A stretch of DNA of 64,000 nucleotides from Octopus sinensis. Taxonomy: Eukaryota. The DNA lies in contig NC_043020.1 in assembly GCF_006345805.1 (NCBI RefSeq), positions 12,214,001-12,278,000 of the forward strand, read 5' to 3'. Under the pieces are notes generated by a model, which saw only the letters and a list, made by a program, of their open reading frames with translations, did not search any database and had not been told where the DNA came from. Numbering within the stretch: the stretch's first letter is position 1; every line of letters starts with the position of its first letter. Both the position numbers and the translations under genes were made by a program. Shown here piece after piece: positions 26,582-39,394 of the stretch.

Positions 26582-27984
26582 ATGTCTGTTGAGATTATTC
26601 ACGAAAGTAGTGCTCTTGAGGAGAGCAATGTTAAAAAATTTTCTGCGGTAGCCTCAGTGGCTACCGAGAACATTGACATCAACGTCAATCAGCTCGTCGA
26701 GCTATTTAAAAGAATGCAAGAGGAGGGTGGTGATGTTAAAATATCACCCTCCGCCAGTATCGTGGAGACCGAGAAGCGGACCGTAGTGTTTAAAACCTTC
26801 TGTCCACAAAGCAGAAGATTCAAACACTTTGAAAAAAACACCATCGAGAAATGCCTGTCCCCGATTTGGAAGGACATCGTGTACGTCGCCAGGGGACGGG
26901 CATATGGCACTGTGGATGTCCGCTTCTCGGGGGAAGAGGTGGCCCGCGGGCATTCTGTGAACCCCCTAAAAACCAAGGAGGTGGTACTTTTCCCAAGCTA
27001 TAGGGGACGCAGGACGTCCCGGGTCAGGATTGCAGAAGCCCCGCCGGAAGTAGATCCGGTAGAGGTAGTGCCGCCCTGTTATATAAAAGGGCGGACAAAA
27101 TTAAAATACTACAAGTAACATGCTCTGCCCCTCTATATTGGCTTGGGCGTAACATTAATATATTAATTCAAGGAACACCGGAGGACCTGCAGCTCCTTCC
27201 TGAGAGGGTGCTCGTGGGCGAGAACGTAGCCCTCAGGGTACAGGTCGAAGGCCGAAAACCCACCTGTTACGCCTGCGGCAAAAAGGGCCACATTCGTGTA
27301 GACTGTCCAGACAAGCAAAAGAAACCGCAGACACCAGGCCCCTCAGATAATAAAAAAATCCCTACCCTTGCAAACTCACCTACCCCTACAAAAACAAAAA
27401 ATCCCACTCCTGCTGTTACGGTGCCAACCCCAAAACAAACTGAAGAAAAAACCCAGCCCTCGCACGCACAAACCCCTACATTATTAAAACCTCCCACCCC
27501 CTTAAAAACTGCGGCGCCTAATGAACAAACTATTGCTACCCCAGACGATACCATGGAGGTATCAGAGGGGGGATTTACACCAGTTCGTAAAAGAATTCGT
27601 GCATCATCCCCGTCCACATCCCCTACAAAAAATAATGAAAACAAAGACACACCACAGACACGAAAAAAAAAATCCCGCTCAACTGGCCCAGAAAAAGAAG
27701 ACAAAAAAAACGAACCCATATTAATTGAATTCGACACACAAAACAAATACATAAACGATATTGTGGTTCGGCATCAGTCAGCAAGACTGTACAACAAATA
27801 CAAAGATCGAAATGAGAGATACGCGTGGATTGCGGAAACAACGTTCAAACAATTAAAAGACAGACACCCAAACGCCATCCGGCATATCGCGAACTCGCCG
27901 GACTATTTGAAGAAGGAGGAGAAAGAAGGGGCCCACAAACGTGTGGTGAGGTCGGCCCCCACCTCTCCAACGAAATGTAAGTAG
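26582..27984 (+). pseudogene. Tx1 ORF1 (gag-like, CCHC zinc knuckle), one frame break
   Basis: ORF pieces 26558-27118 and 27208-27984; CYACGKKGHIRVDC knuckle followed by a Pro/Thr/Lys-rich tail. Confidence 0.85.
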
Positions 27985-28001
27985 AACTTTTACTTTTTGT
28001 A

Positions 28002-31000
28002 ATGGCTTCGCTTAACCTTGGTTGTTTAAATGTGCGTGGTCTGAGTTCGAAGTGGAAGCAGGCTTGTTTCTTCGACGACCTCAGATCACATGATATACAT
28101 GTGATGGTTGCTACAGAGACCAAGCTGGACAGCCTACAAACCTTCTCGCCTCTCCTGAATGGCTACGAGAAAATCATGTCTCCTGGCCAGACCGGAGGGC
28201 GAGGGGGTGTAGTGGTACTGATCCGTAAAGACTTGGCTCTGCAGACAAGTACAGTCTATGTAGACCCAGAAGGTGGGCTGGTCGTCCTTGATGTGACATA
28301 CAGCAGTAAGGCCTTCAGGTTGATCGGACTCTATGCACCTTGTGCTAGAGGTTTCCAAACTGATTTTTATCGGCGCCTAGAGGGCTTTCTCGTGACGTCG
28401 AAGACTTTAGTGATATTAGGGGACTTTAATGCTATCGTTGACGTACACATCGATAGCGTTGGCTCGATCTATAGGAAAGTAAACTCACGTCTCGTGGATC
28501 TGCTTAAGCGGTTTCAGCTGGCAGATCGTTACAGACTTGACCATCCGAACGTCCCAGAGTGGACCTGGATGAGTGGCGACGGAAGGTTCAAGTCTTATCT
28601 AGACAGGATAGTGATAAGAACTAGAGATAAGTCTAGTTTTAGTTGTCCACAGCTCGTCCAGGTGCCCTATACTGACCATAGAATGGTCACGTGTAGACTG
28701 GACATAGATAGCACACTTAAGATAGGAACCGGCTACTGGAAGCTGAACAAGTCTATTTTGACACGCGAGGCATACCGTAGCCGGATTAAGGTGTTAGTGC
28801 AGAGGGCGTTAACCGGAGCCGTGGTTAATAACCGGTGGTGGTTCGCCCTCAAAAGAGCCATTCGATTCGAGTCCATTAGATTTAGTAAACAACTAAGACT
28901 AGATAGGGCTAGAATAGAAGGGCAACTAGTTAAGAACTTAGAGGAGGCGTTGAGGTTGGGCTCTGCATCTCACATTTTAGCGGCGAGAACGGCAAACCAA
29001 ACATGAGGGATGTAGAGTTCGGGCTAAAGTACGAGCATTGGGCCGTGAGGGAATTAATGTTGCCGGATGGGCCCGTACGATAGAAACACAGTGTGGAAAC
29101 GATGCCACAATTGGGTCTCTGTTGTGATGAAAACGGATGCACGATCAAGAAGCGGGACGAGATGTGTGAGGCACTTCACAAGCACTTCGCCGAGTTGTTC
29201 GGGAGGTGCGGGACGCTGGATCATGGTGAGGCCCTTAGGGACTTCCTGTCTGGTGGCCCGCGCCTCTCGACACGAGAGGCTGAGTGCTGTGAAGGGCCAA
29301 TCACAGCCGAGGAGGTAATCGAGGTGTTGGGCAAGTGCCCCGGGGAGAAGTCGCCGGGTCTCGATGGTCTGCTCTATGAATTTTATAAAAGTATGCCAGA
29401 CTTGTTCGGGCACCTGCTGGCTAGCGTCTACGCCAACTGGCAGCAGAATGGGAGAATTCCCAAGTCTGCGAGCCGGGGGTGGTGACGTTGATCAGGAAGG
29501 ACCCGAACAAGGGGGACGAGATAGGGAACTTCAGGCCCATAACTCTGTTGAACACAGAGTTAAAGATTCTGGCCAAGGTGCTAGCAAAAAGGTTGGCGCG
29601 GGTCGTGGACAAACTTGTCGGGGAAGCGCAAACGTGCGCTATCCCTGGCAGAACGATCTACGACAATCTCCACCTTATACGCTACTCCTTAGAGAGGGTG
29701 GGGAAGCTTTCTGGCGCAGGGGGAGCACTGGTACATTTAGACCAGTCCAAAGCATTTGATAGGGTCGACCATCGGTACTTGGCGGCGGTCCTCAGAGAGG
29801 CTGGACTAGGCCCGACCTTTCGAGGTTGGATCGCTGCTTTGTATAGCGACATCGAGTCTGTAGTCAAGGTGAACGGTTCCTTTTCGAAGCCGTTCAGGAT
29901 CGAGCGTTCAGTTCGTCAAGGGTGTCCCCTGTCCTCGCTCCTATACGTATTGGCTCTTGAGCCTTTGCTGCGGAAGTTGGAGGCACTAGGGGGCACGCCG
30001 CATGATCTATGGTGTGGAAGAGGAGCTACGGCGTATGCGGATGACACCTCCATCATCGTGGCAGACGAAGGCCAGCTTCCAGTGGTGGAAGAGGCCATCA
30101 AAAGCTACGAGGCGGTGGCAGGAGCAAAGGTTAACAAGGACAAGTCGGTCGGTTTGCAACTCGGCACCTGGAGGGGCAAGCCGATGCCGTCCAATAACGT
30201 CGTAGGGCGTTGGACGGAAGGTCCTGTTAAGCTGCTCGGAGTCTGGTTCGGGCCAGACCTCCAGATTGAGAAAAATTGGAGTGAGGTGGCCAACAAGGTG
30301 ACCGCTCTAACCCAGACCTGGTCTGGGCGGGCGTTATCCTGCTAGGGAAGGCGGAGGTGGTGCAGATGTTTATAGCATCAGTAATCACCTACCGTCTGAC
30401 CGTGGTGCCTTGCCCCGATTTGTGGCTGAACAAGTTGGAGAGAATCCTTTTCCGATTTTTGTGGAAAGGAGGAAAGCCACTTGTAAAGCGCTCTGCCTGC
30501 TGCCAGAAACCGCTAAAGGGTGGGCTAGGGATGCCTTGGCTGAGGATGTGAAAACTCGCGTTAAGGTTGAGGCACCTCTGGCTTTACCTGGATGGAGAGC
30601 AGGTGTGGTCACCGCACGTCCGGTTCTACCTTCCCCAGTTAACATCCCTAACGGACATCGGTGCATGGATCAAGCGGAGACCTAAACTGAGTGAATGGCA
30701 TTTGGAGTGCCGTCAGGCGCTCCAGCTACTCTCTCGGGTGGGCAACGCCGGCAACAGGAGTTCCACCACGGATTTCTATAGCAGGTTAGTGGAGGTTAAG
30801 TCCGAAGACGCCTTGGGGGAGACCCTGGGCTACAATGAAAATCAGTTGGTCAACCTGTTCCGGAGGACGTTCGGGCCGGGGTATCTGGATAATTACCAGA
30901 AATCCCTGGCCTGGCAGTGTTTCCGTGCGGCTTTACCTGTTCGCGACGAGCTGTCAAGGCACGGTAGTGCCGTCTCGCCGACATGCCCGCGATGTGAGCA

Positions 31001-31385
31001 GGATAGGGAGACCGTCTTGCACGCATTCGTGGAGTGTCCGGAGTTATCGGGACTGATAGCTTTTGTTGAACAACTGTTGTCAGTGATGGGAAGAGTACAG
31101 CTATCAGCTGAGTCTATCATCGAGATTGTGCCGCCCCCTTTCCTTAACAGGGAAAGAAAGGCTTGTTTTTTCTGTGTAGTAGCCATACTGAAAGAAACAG
31201 TATGGAAGACGCGTACGAAAGGTATAGTGACAGGCACCTTTGTCTCCGGCCAGGGGTTGATTAACTTTTTTAGTTACCACCTCAGTAGCAAAATCAGGCT
31301 GGAGAAGTGGTGTCTGTCACGAGATATGTTTGTGAAAAGATGGAAGCCTGTAGCATGCAAGATGGGTATGTTTGGCACCAGGTAA
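28002..31385 (+). pseudogene. Tx1 ORF2 (APE endonuclease, reverse transcriptase, zf-RVT), interrupted
   Basis: Motifs LNVRGL, ETKL, LYAP, GDFNA, SYLDRI, TDHRMV, GYWKLN, KSPGLDGL, FRPITLLNTELKILAK, LDQSKAFDRVDH, RQGCPLS, YADD, CPRC...ETVLHAFVEC; about 3 frameshifts plus an in-frame TGA at 30549-30551. Confidence 0.92.
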
Positions 31386-31613
31386 GTGTGACCGGATCAG
31401 AAAGTAAAGGTTCTACCCGGATGGCTGGGTGTCCGTCCTTCGACATGATCATTAATATTTTTAAACATTGTCTTCGTAAAACTCATTGTTTATAATCTTA
31501 TCCGTAATTTCATTCGAAAATTGTAACTGTGTTAAGCTACTTCACCCTTTATATTTGTCTGTCCTTGTTTGTCCCCTCTTTGTAAATGCCTAAATGGCAA
31601 ATTATATGAAATA

Positions 31614-31765
31614 AAGTAGCTTGCTAACCAACCACATGGTTCCGGGTTCAGTCCCACTGCGTGCATCTTGGGCAAGTGTGTCTTCTGCTATAGCCCCGGG
31701 CCGACCAAAGCCTTGTGAGTAGATTTGGTAGACGGAAACTGAAAGAAGCCTGTCGTATATATGTG

Positions 31766-31798
<33 letters not shown>

Positions 31799-31983
31799 GT
31801 TTGTGTGCTTGTGTTTGTCCCCCTAGCATTGCTTGACAACCGATGCTGGTGTGTTTACGTCCCCGTCACTTAGCGGTTCGGCAAAAGAGACCGATAGAAT
31901 AAGTACTGGGGTAGATTTGCTCGACTAAAGGCGGTGCTCCAGCATGGCCGCAGTCAAATGACTGAAACAAGTAAAAGAGTAAA
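31614..31983 (+). mobile_element. 3' remainder of the split SINE family A copy
   Basis: Resumes AAGTAGCTTGCTAACCAACCACATGGTTCCGGGTTCAG and runs to the TAAAAGAG tail. Confidence 0.9.
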
Positions 31984-32310
31984 GATTTCTTTCTCAGAAT
32001 TATTTATTTCCTCTATTCCAGATATATTTACAGTCATAAAAATCGACACAAAACCCCCATTCTGTACATACACCTCTCTCTCCCACACACACTTAGTCAC
32101 TTCCGCTCATTTTAGTCCGGCGTTGAAGAAAGAAACTTTTATATAATCAACCTCATATTTCGCCATTTTATATTTAGAAACCGATTGCTACCCTACCCAC
32201 AACACACAGAGTTAGGATAAATAAATAGATTATTTTGAAAGCTACTATTAATATCTTTTAAACGATGTATGTGTGTACTTAGTCTGACAACACAAACCAC
32301 TCTCTTTACT

Positions 32311-32499
32311 CTTTTTTTACTCTTTTACTTGTTTCAGTCATTTGACTGCGGCCATGCTGGAGCACCGCCTTTAATCGAGCAACTCGACTCCGGGACTTAT
32401 TCTTTTGCAATCCCAGTACTTATTCTATCGGTCTCTTTTGCCGAACCGCTAAGTAACGGGGACATAAACACTAGGGGACAAACACAGACACGCAAACAA

Positions 32500-32593
<94 letters not shown>

Positions 32594-32745
32594 GACGGGC
32601 TTCTTTCAGTTTCCGTCTACCAAATCCACTCACAAGGCTTTGGTCGGCCCGAGGCTATAGTAGAAGACACTCGCCCAAGGTGCCACGCAGTGGGACTGAA
32701 CCCGGAACCATATGGTTGGTAGACAAGCTACTTACCACACAGCCA
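32311..32745 (-). mobile_element. SINE family A with expanded internal (TA)n
   Basis: About 75 nt of TA at 32515-32592 in the usual internal position. Confidence 0.88.
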
Positions 32746-32789
32746 GTGGATAGGGACCACTCTAAATATATTTGTGTGTTGTGATTTTA

Positions 32790-33700
32790 GTTTTCATTGC
32801 GTGATTTTGATTTTCTCGATTGCTGTTATATTGCCTGCAGTGCGACTGCGCGGAGTTCTGTTCTGTTTGCAGACGACATGTTGAGCGTTGATTTTAGTTA
32901 GTCTAGAATGTAGCAACTCGCCGCATTAAAATGTTATTGCGTTGAAGTTTGGTCTTGCTTACAATTTAGAGATCTTTTCTGTTTGAACGGCAGTTTTTAA
33001 CATAATTTCTAGGTAACTAAAAAAATTTTAAACTTCGCATACTGGTAGAATGTGTTTATAAAACATCTTTTTCTCTTGGCTTTATTGAGAAAATTCCAGT
33101 TTGTAAGATATTTGTTGTTTTTTTTCTTCAGTTTCTTCAATTTCAACCAATCAATGACGTCTATTGAGGTAAAAAAACATTCTATGCCGTATGAATATGT
33201 CCCTCGTTTAAGAAAGATTGGGTTTATTAACATTTGTGAAGAAAAAAAAGATACCCTTCCCCCACCCCTAACCAACCCTAAAACAGATTGAAATGCAATA
33301 GATCGATACTAGGGTCATAATTATGGGTGACAATTTCATATGACACCGCTAGAAAAAACTGCCGTTCAAACCGAAAAGATCCCAATTTAGCAATCTTTGT
33401 ATTGTATATTGCTGTATTTTTAGTCGATTAAAACCTTTTAAACTTTGAAATTCGAGTTTGGGTTTATAACATTGGTTTATAACACACAGACACATACGCT
33501 CTAATATAACTCCTAAATACAGCTTTGGGTTATTCCACGCTATTAGCGGTGGGTTTGTAGAGTAGTTATGATACAACTGCTGCGGTTTAGCGAATGAAAG
33601 GCAACGCGAAAATTTTTCCACGAGAGTTCCGGACCCCAGTTATAATTTCATTTGCATACAGCCAATCAGATATCACCTTCAAAATCCACATGCTGTGCCA
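32790..33700. repeat. Unclassified interspersed repeat with internal 28-bp inverted repeats
   Basis: GATCTTTTCTGTTTGAACGGCAGTTTTT (32971-32998) versus its reverse complement at 33354-33381 (1 mismatch); related pieces at about 39950-40030 (inverted) and 40990-41046. Confidence 0.6.
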
Positions 33701-34181
33701 GTCAGGCATAGAATGATGTATGCTACTCTGTGGGTACAGCATAGCAGGTCTCACATAAGCACCACATCCAACCCCGCCTCCTCATAGATCAATTGAGCAC
33801 CATCTCTATATGGAATTAACATTAGGTACCTATGCTCAGACGGAGATTAGGGACGACTATAGAAGCACCACATTTAGTTTTAATGCGGATATATGGAGCC
33901 ATCCGTGTTTGGGCATCTTTTGTTTTATACAAATGTCGCATGAGCAAGGATGAATCTGTTATTGGAACAATGATGTGGAATCGTATTTTGGGGCTAAAAA
34001 TCCAAATCCTCACGCTTGCATATCATGCTATGTTTATCACGGACAAGTTCACAACATTTTTTCTTTACTTTGTTCTTGGGAACTTCTGCCTGTTTTTAGT
34101 GGCTGATTTAGTCCAAATTGTGCGAAAACAACCTAAAACTTGGTCACTATGAACCTGAAGTCTTATTGACATAGGTGATAC

Positions 34182-34304
34182 GAAACAAGGATGTGTCCTT
34201 GCTCCCACCTTGTTCAGCTTTACGTTCTCAGCCATGCTGACAGATGCTTTCAGGGACACAGACAGTCATTGGCATCAAGTACCGGTCCGACGGTTCAGTC
34301 TTCA
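34182..34304 (+). mobile_element. Isolated RTE RT fragment
   Basis: Paralogous to about 38252-38372 (KQGCVLAPTLF). Confidence 0.85.
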
Positions 34305-34544
34305 GTCAGGCCTGGCATATATGGCTTTTCCACATTTTTGACTACCTTGTTTTCTCCAAAACCTGATTTAATCCATGTGTACATAACTTGTGGGTGGATC
34401 GACACTTAGTGGCATTTGGTAAGATGGCGAGCTGGCAGAAACGTTAATAGATATAAAGAGATATAAAATCAGTTTTACTCTCTCATGTTTACACAACAAT
34501 TATAATTTTTGCTGTGATAATCCAAAGCTACTTCATGCTAGGAT

Positions 34545-34842
34545 ATCTTTGTTCCTTCTCGATCTACGAATAAGTGCCGGTTTCCCGGTTTCCTTGGCGT
34601 ATAGATTCCCCACCTAGAACGGGACGCTGGTCCGTCGCAGTTGAGCTGAAAGATGCAGGAGGAAAAAGTGAGAGAAAGTTGTGGCGAAAGAGTCAGCAGA
34701 AGTTCACCGTTACCTTCTGTTGGAGCCTCGTGGAGCTTAAGTGTTTCGCTCATAAACACACACATCGCCCGGTCTGAGATTCGAATCCACGATCCGTCGA
34801 CCGCGAGTCCGCCGCTCTAACCACTAGGCCATGTGCCTCCAC
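34545..34842 (-). mobile_element. tRNA-derived SINE (family D head, CORE-like tail)
   Basis: Head GTGGAGGCACATGGCCTAGTGGTTAGAGCGGCGGACTCGCGG; tail GCGACGGACCAGCGTCCCG...GAAACCGGGAAACCGGC shared with 39395-39639. Confidence 0.75.
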
Positions 34843-34917
34843 ATGTAGGATATCCTAAACTAGAGAATATGTGGTTGTTCTTCATTTGAATCCTTCCATT
34901 TATACGTGCAATTATCG

Positions 34918-35091
34918 GTGTGGCGCAGAATGCTGGTCAGACCACCGCCTTGTTGTATCCAAACTCAGCCCAAGAGACGACCACAAAATAAGAAAGAACC
35001 AAAACGCTTGAACATCGGCAAACTGAAGGATAACAACGACAAGCAGCTATTTACTGATACATTGGAGCAACGCTTGGACCCCATTGTGCTA
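34918..35091 (+). mobile_element. Isolated RTE endonuclease-end fragment
   Basis: Paralogous to about 36965-37139. Confidence 0.85.
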
Positions 35092-35253
35092 TGAAGATAC
35101 CCACTGAAGAAAAAGTCCACAAATACTTTTCAAAAGACTTCATTTTGCAACTGCTATGCATATAAATGCTATGCATATAAATTGTCTGAAGCAAATATAT
35201 TTTTTTTCATAATTTTTTCATAAAATTATTATATATTTCATAATATAAACCAA

Positions 35254-38200
35254 GTGAGGGTAGCCGACCGGTCTTAAACCTTCGGCGAGTTAGGGCTTGC
35301 CTACCCACGCATACGAAGACTGAAGCCGGCTCATTCTACAGAAGAAACCACCAGAACGGTTTCAACGGAGAAGAGGGCGGTTACAACAGGGCACCGTAGA
35401 GTGCATAGGGCAAGATGAGGCACTATAGGACATCTTGGTCATTCACTGCATCTGGTTCTGTCCCCAGTCGTCTCGATCTGGTCTTGTCACTGGTTAAAAC
35501 CGTCTCGGACGAGAGAGTGAGGTCGGTGATGCGCTACCTTCCTCACTTTAAATAAAGTTTCCTCGCGCAAGTCATCTTTCATCCTTCTTTCCACCTCTTC
35601 ATCCCAAAATCCTGTGGCGACAGGCACGCGACGAATTGACAGGTGTGGGTACACTGGAAGTCGTAGCCGCAAACCTGCACACAGGCGGATCAGGGCCACA
35701 GGGTCGCTATTCACTGGCCTGGAGCAGCAGTGGATTTCGGCAGCCGTCTGGGCGTCTGAGCAGTCTTATTTAGGAACACACTGCTCACCCCCATGGCATG
35801 AGGAGCGGACTAGAAAAGGTGTCCCAAACATTTCCTGCTCCACCTATCCTAGCCAGCCTACCTATTTCTTTATTACCCATAAGGGGCTAAACACAGAGGG
35901 GACAAACAAGGACAGACATAGGTATTAAGTCGATTACATCGACCCCAGTGCGTAACTGGTACTTAATTTATCGACCCCGAAAGGATGAAAGGCAAAGTCG
36001 ACCTGGGCGGAATTTGAACTCACAACGTAACGCAGACGAAATACCGCTAAGCATTTCGTCCGGCGTGCTAACGTTTCTGCCAGCTCGCCGCCTATCCTAG
36101 CCAGCCTACCGCGACTGGAGGGGACCCGACACACTGCGGTCGAAACAAAGAACAAAGAAAAAGAGCGAAGAGTACACCACTCATCCTCGCTGCTTGGAAC
36201 GTTAGCACGCTTCTTGATATAGATGAGTCGGAGAGCCCTCAGAGCCCACAGCACTCATAGCAAATGAACTCGCCATAGACGAGTCGGAGAGCCCTCAGAG
36301 ACACACAGCACTCATAGCAAATGAACTCGCCAGATATAATATCGACGTTGCTGCTCTCTGCGAAACCAGGATGCAGGGCGAAGGCGAACAACAGGGAAAA
36401 TGGTGCAGGGTACACTTTCTTTTAGAGTGGATGTGGACCTGAAGAGAGAAGAGAGGCAGGAGTTGGCTTTGCAGTTAAGTCAAACATTGGCTGGCAAGTT
36501 GGTTGGTTCCCCCAAAAGCTATGACTGATCGCCTAATGACGACGAGACTCCCCCCCTTTGTCGCGGACAGAAGTACACCACCATTGTCAGCGCTTGTGCC
36601 CCCACCATGACGAATCCAAATGAGACCAAGGACAAGTTCTATGAAGACTTGAGCTCTGTCATCACCGCGGCTCCCCGCGCAGATAAACTCATCATTCTAG
36701 GTGACTTCAATGCGAGAGTTGGTCGTGGTAGTGTCTCCTGGGAAGGAGTGATTGGGAAACACGGAGTTGGCAACTGCAACAGCAACGGTCTGCTACTCCT
36801 CCAGACCTGTGCAGAGCAAGGCCTCCTGATCGCCAACACCATCTTTAGCCTGCCCACCCGCAGCAGAACATCATGGTTGCATCCACGCTCAAAGCACTGG
36901 TACCTCATTGACTACGTTATCATAAAAAGAGGGACAGGCAAGACGTACGAGTTATGAAGACCATGTGTGGCACAGAATGCTGGACAGACCACGGCCTTGT
37001 TGTATCCAAACTCAGCCCAAGAGACGACCACAAAATAAGAAAGAACCAAAACGCTTGAACATCGGCAAACTGAAGGATAACAACGCCAAGCAGCTACTTA
37101 CCGATACATTGGAGCAACGCTTGGACCCCATTGTGCTACAAGGCAAGGATATTGAAGAAGCCTGGGCTGCACTCGGGTGACGTTGTACGACACAGCCATG
37201 GAATACCTTGGGCCATCTACAAAGAAGCACAAGGACTGGTTTGATGAGAACTGCGCGGAGATCAAACAACTACTAAAGGAAAAGCATCGGGTTTACAAAG
37301 CTCACCTCACTGACCCCAAGTCAGTTTCAAAGAAGGACAGACTGCGGATTGTACGGAGCAAAATCCAAACGAAGTTGCGCCAGATGCAGGATTCCTGGCT
37401 TAGCAAAGCAGACATGATCCAGGGCTTTTCAGACAGAAATGACATGAAGAATTTCTATGACAGCTTGAAGGAACACTGTCTTCCTTCCTGACGGGGCAAC
37501 ACTGATTAGCGACAAGGAAAAGGTATTAGAGCGATGGGCTGAACATTTCGACAGCGTCCTGAATAGGCCTTCTACCATCAATGGTGAAGCCATTGATAGG
37601 CTACCTCAAGTCCCTTTTGAGGAGTCAATGGACGTCGAACCAACTTTGGAGGAAATTCAGAAAGCATGCCGCCTACTGTCCAGTGGCAAAGCACCTGGTC
37701 CAGACTCCATCCCAGCTGAAATATTCAAAGAAGGCGGTATGGCCCTGACCAGGAAAATTCACCAGCTGTTTCAGCTCATCTGGATGCACGAGACAGTGCA
37801 TCAAGACTTCAAGGACACCTCCATCATCCACCTCTACAAGCGAAATGGAAACCACCAGGTCTGCGACAATCATCGCGGAATTTCACTGCTGTCCATCACA
37901 GGCAAGATCCTGGTTAGAGTTTTGCTCGACCGCCTCATTGCACACTTAGAGTAGGGTCTCCTACCTGAGATCCAGTGTAGCTTCCGGAAAGAGCGTGGGA
38001 CTATCAACATGGTGTTTGCTGCTAGACAGCTGCAGGAGAAGTGTCGGGAGAAGAACGTTGACCTCTGCTCCACCCACATCGACCTGACCAAGGCCTTTGA
38101 TACCGTTAGTAGAGAAGGTCTCTGGAGAATCTTGGCGAAGTATGGATGCCCCAGAAAATTCATCACCATCGTAAGACAACTACGCGATGGCATGTTGGCA

Positions 38201-39350
38201 TGGGTATAGGACAACGGAGAAATCTCTGATCCATTCCCTGTCTCCAACAGAATGAAACAAGAATGTGTCCTTGCTCCCACCTTGTTCATCCTTACGTTCT
38301 CAGCCATGCTGACAAATGCTTTGAGGGACACAGACATAGGCATCAAGTACCGGTCCGACGGTTCAGTCTTCAACCTCGGGAGGCTCAAAGCGAAAACCAA
38401 GGTTTCAGTAGACACCGTCAACGACCTCCTGTTCGCCGATGACTGCGCTCTCAATGCTGCCACTGAGTCCAACATGCATCGCAGCGTTGACTTGTTCTCT
38501 GGTGCCGGCAACAACTTTGGCCTTACTATAAATACAAAAAAGACTGAGGTAAGGTATCAGCCAGCTCCAACCAAGCCATACGTTGAACCCAACATCACCA
38601 TCAACGGGCAGCGACTGAACGCGGTGGACAAGTTCACCTACCTTGGCAGCACACTCTTGAAATGTTGTCGTCGATGACGAAATCAACGCTAGACTCACCA
38701 AGGTAAGCTACGCAAGACTGTCTGGGACAGGAAGGGGATCACCTGGACGGTCTACTGTCGTCATGCCAGGAAGCTGAACCACTTTCATACAATACGCCTT
38801 TGAAAACTTCTCGGCATAAAGTGGCAGGACAGGATCCCGGACACCGAGGTACTAATACGTGCTAACCTGCCCAGCATCCATACCATCTTGATGCAGTCTC
38901 AGCTTTGCTGGGCAGGGCACGTAGCTCGTATATCAGACGATCGATTACCAAAAAGATTGCTCTTTGGTGAGCTGCAAAAGGGAAAGCGCTCACAAGGCGG
39001 CCAGAAGAAGCGCTTTAAGGACACACTGAATGCCTCGTTGAAAGCCTTCAACATCGACCATGACACTTGGGAGCAGTCTGCTCTAGACAGAGAAGGGTGG
39101 CGATCAGCTGTCCACAAGGGTGCCAACACATGCGAGACCAGTAGGATCGCTGCCGCAGAAGACCGCAGACAAGCCAGGAAGAACAGAGCTAACAACCCTG
39201 TAGCAAGCACTACCATTTCCTGTCTGCACTGTCAAAGACTCTTTCGGGCGCAGATTGGCCTTATTTAGCCATCTGCGGACTCACAAAACAAGCCCACCTC
39301 CACCCCAGGATGACTAGATGGTCTTTGTCGCATCGATGGACAAACTACAT
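35254..39350 (+). mobile_element. Near-full-length RTE-clade LINE, heavily decayed
   Basis: AWNVSTLLD, GVGFAVKS, LGDFNARVG, YLIDYVI, GKAPGPDSIPAE, RGISLLSITGK, DLTKAFDTV, LFADDCAL, KFTYLGS, QGGQKKRFKD; many stops and frameshifts; RTE-type 3' end. The 5' boundary is approximate. Confidence 0.9.
35863..36090 (-). mobile_element. SINE family B inserted in the RTE 5' region
   Basis: Flanked by the direct repeat CCTATCCTAGCCAGCCTACC (35843-35862 and 36091-36110). Confidence 0.93.
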
Positions 39351-39394
39351 CACCCATTGATATATGCAAGGAGGGCGCAATATATAATAAAATA

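Larger units (their letters stand above)
26195..31613 (+). mobile_element. Full-length Tx1-type (L1 clade) non-LTR retrotransposon, 5419 bp
   Basis: Two-ORF layout, APE endonuclease + RT + C-terminal Cys/His motif, flanked by the 16-bp TSD AAGTAGCTTGCTAACC (26179-26194 and 31614-31629). Confidence 0.93.

Noticed and set aside
35254-35335. HDV-like ribozyme at the RTE 5' end (known from some RTEs)
   Set aside because: A GGGTAG/CTACCC pairing exists, but I could not build the P3/L3 and nested pseudoknot by eye; a descriptor search would be needed.
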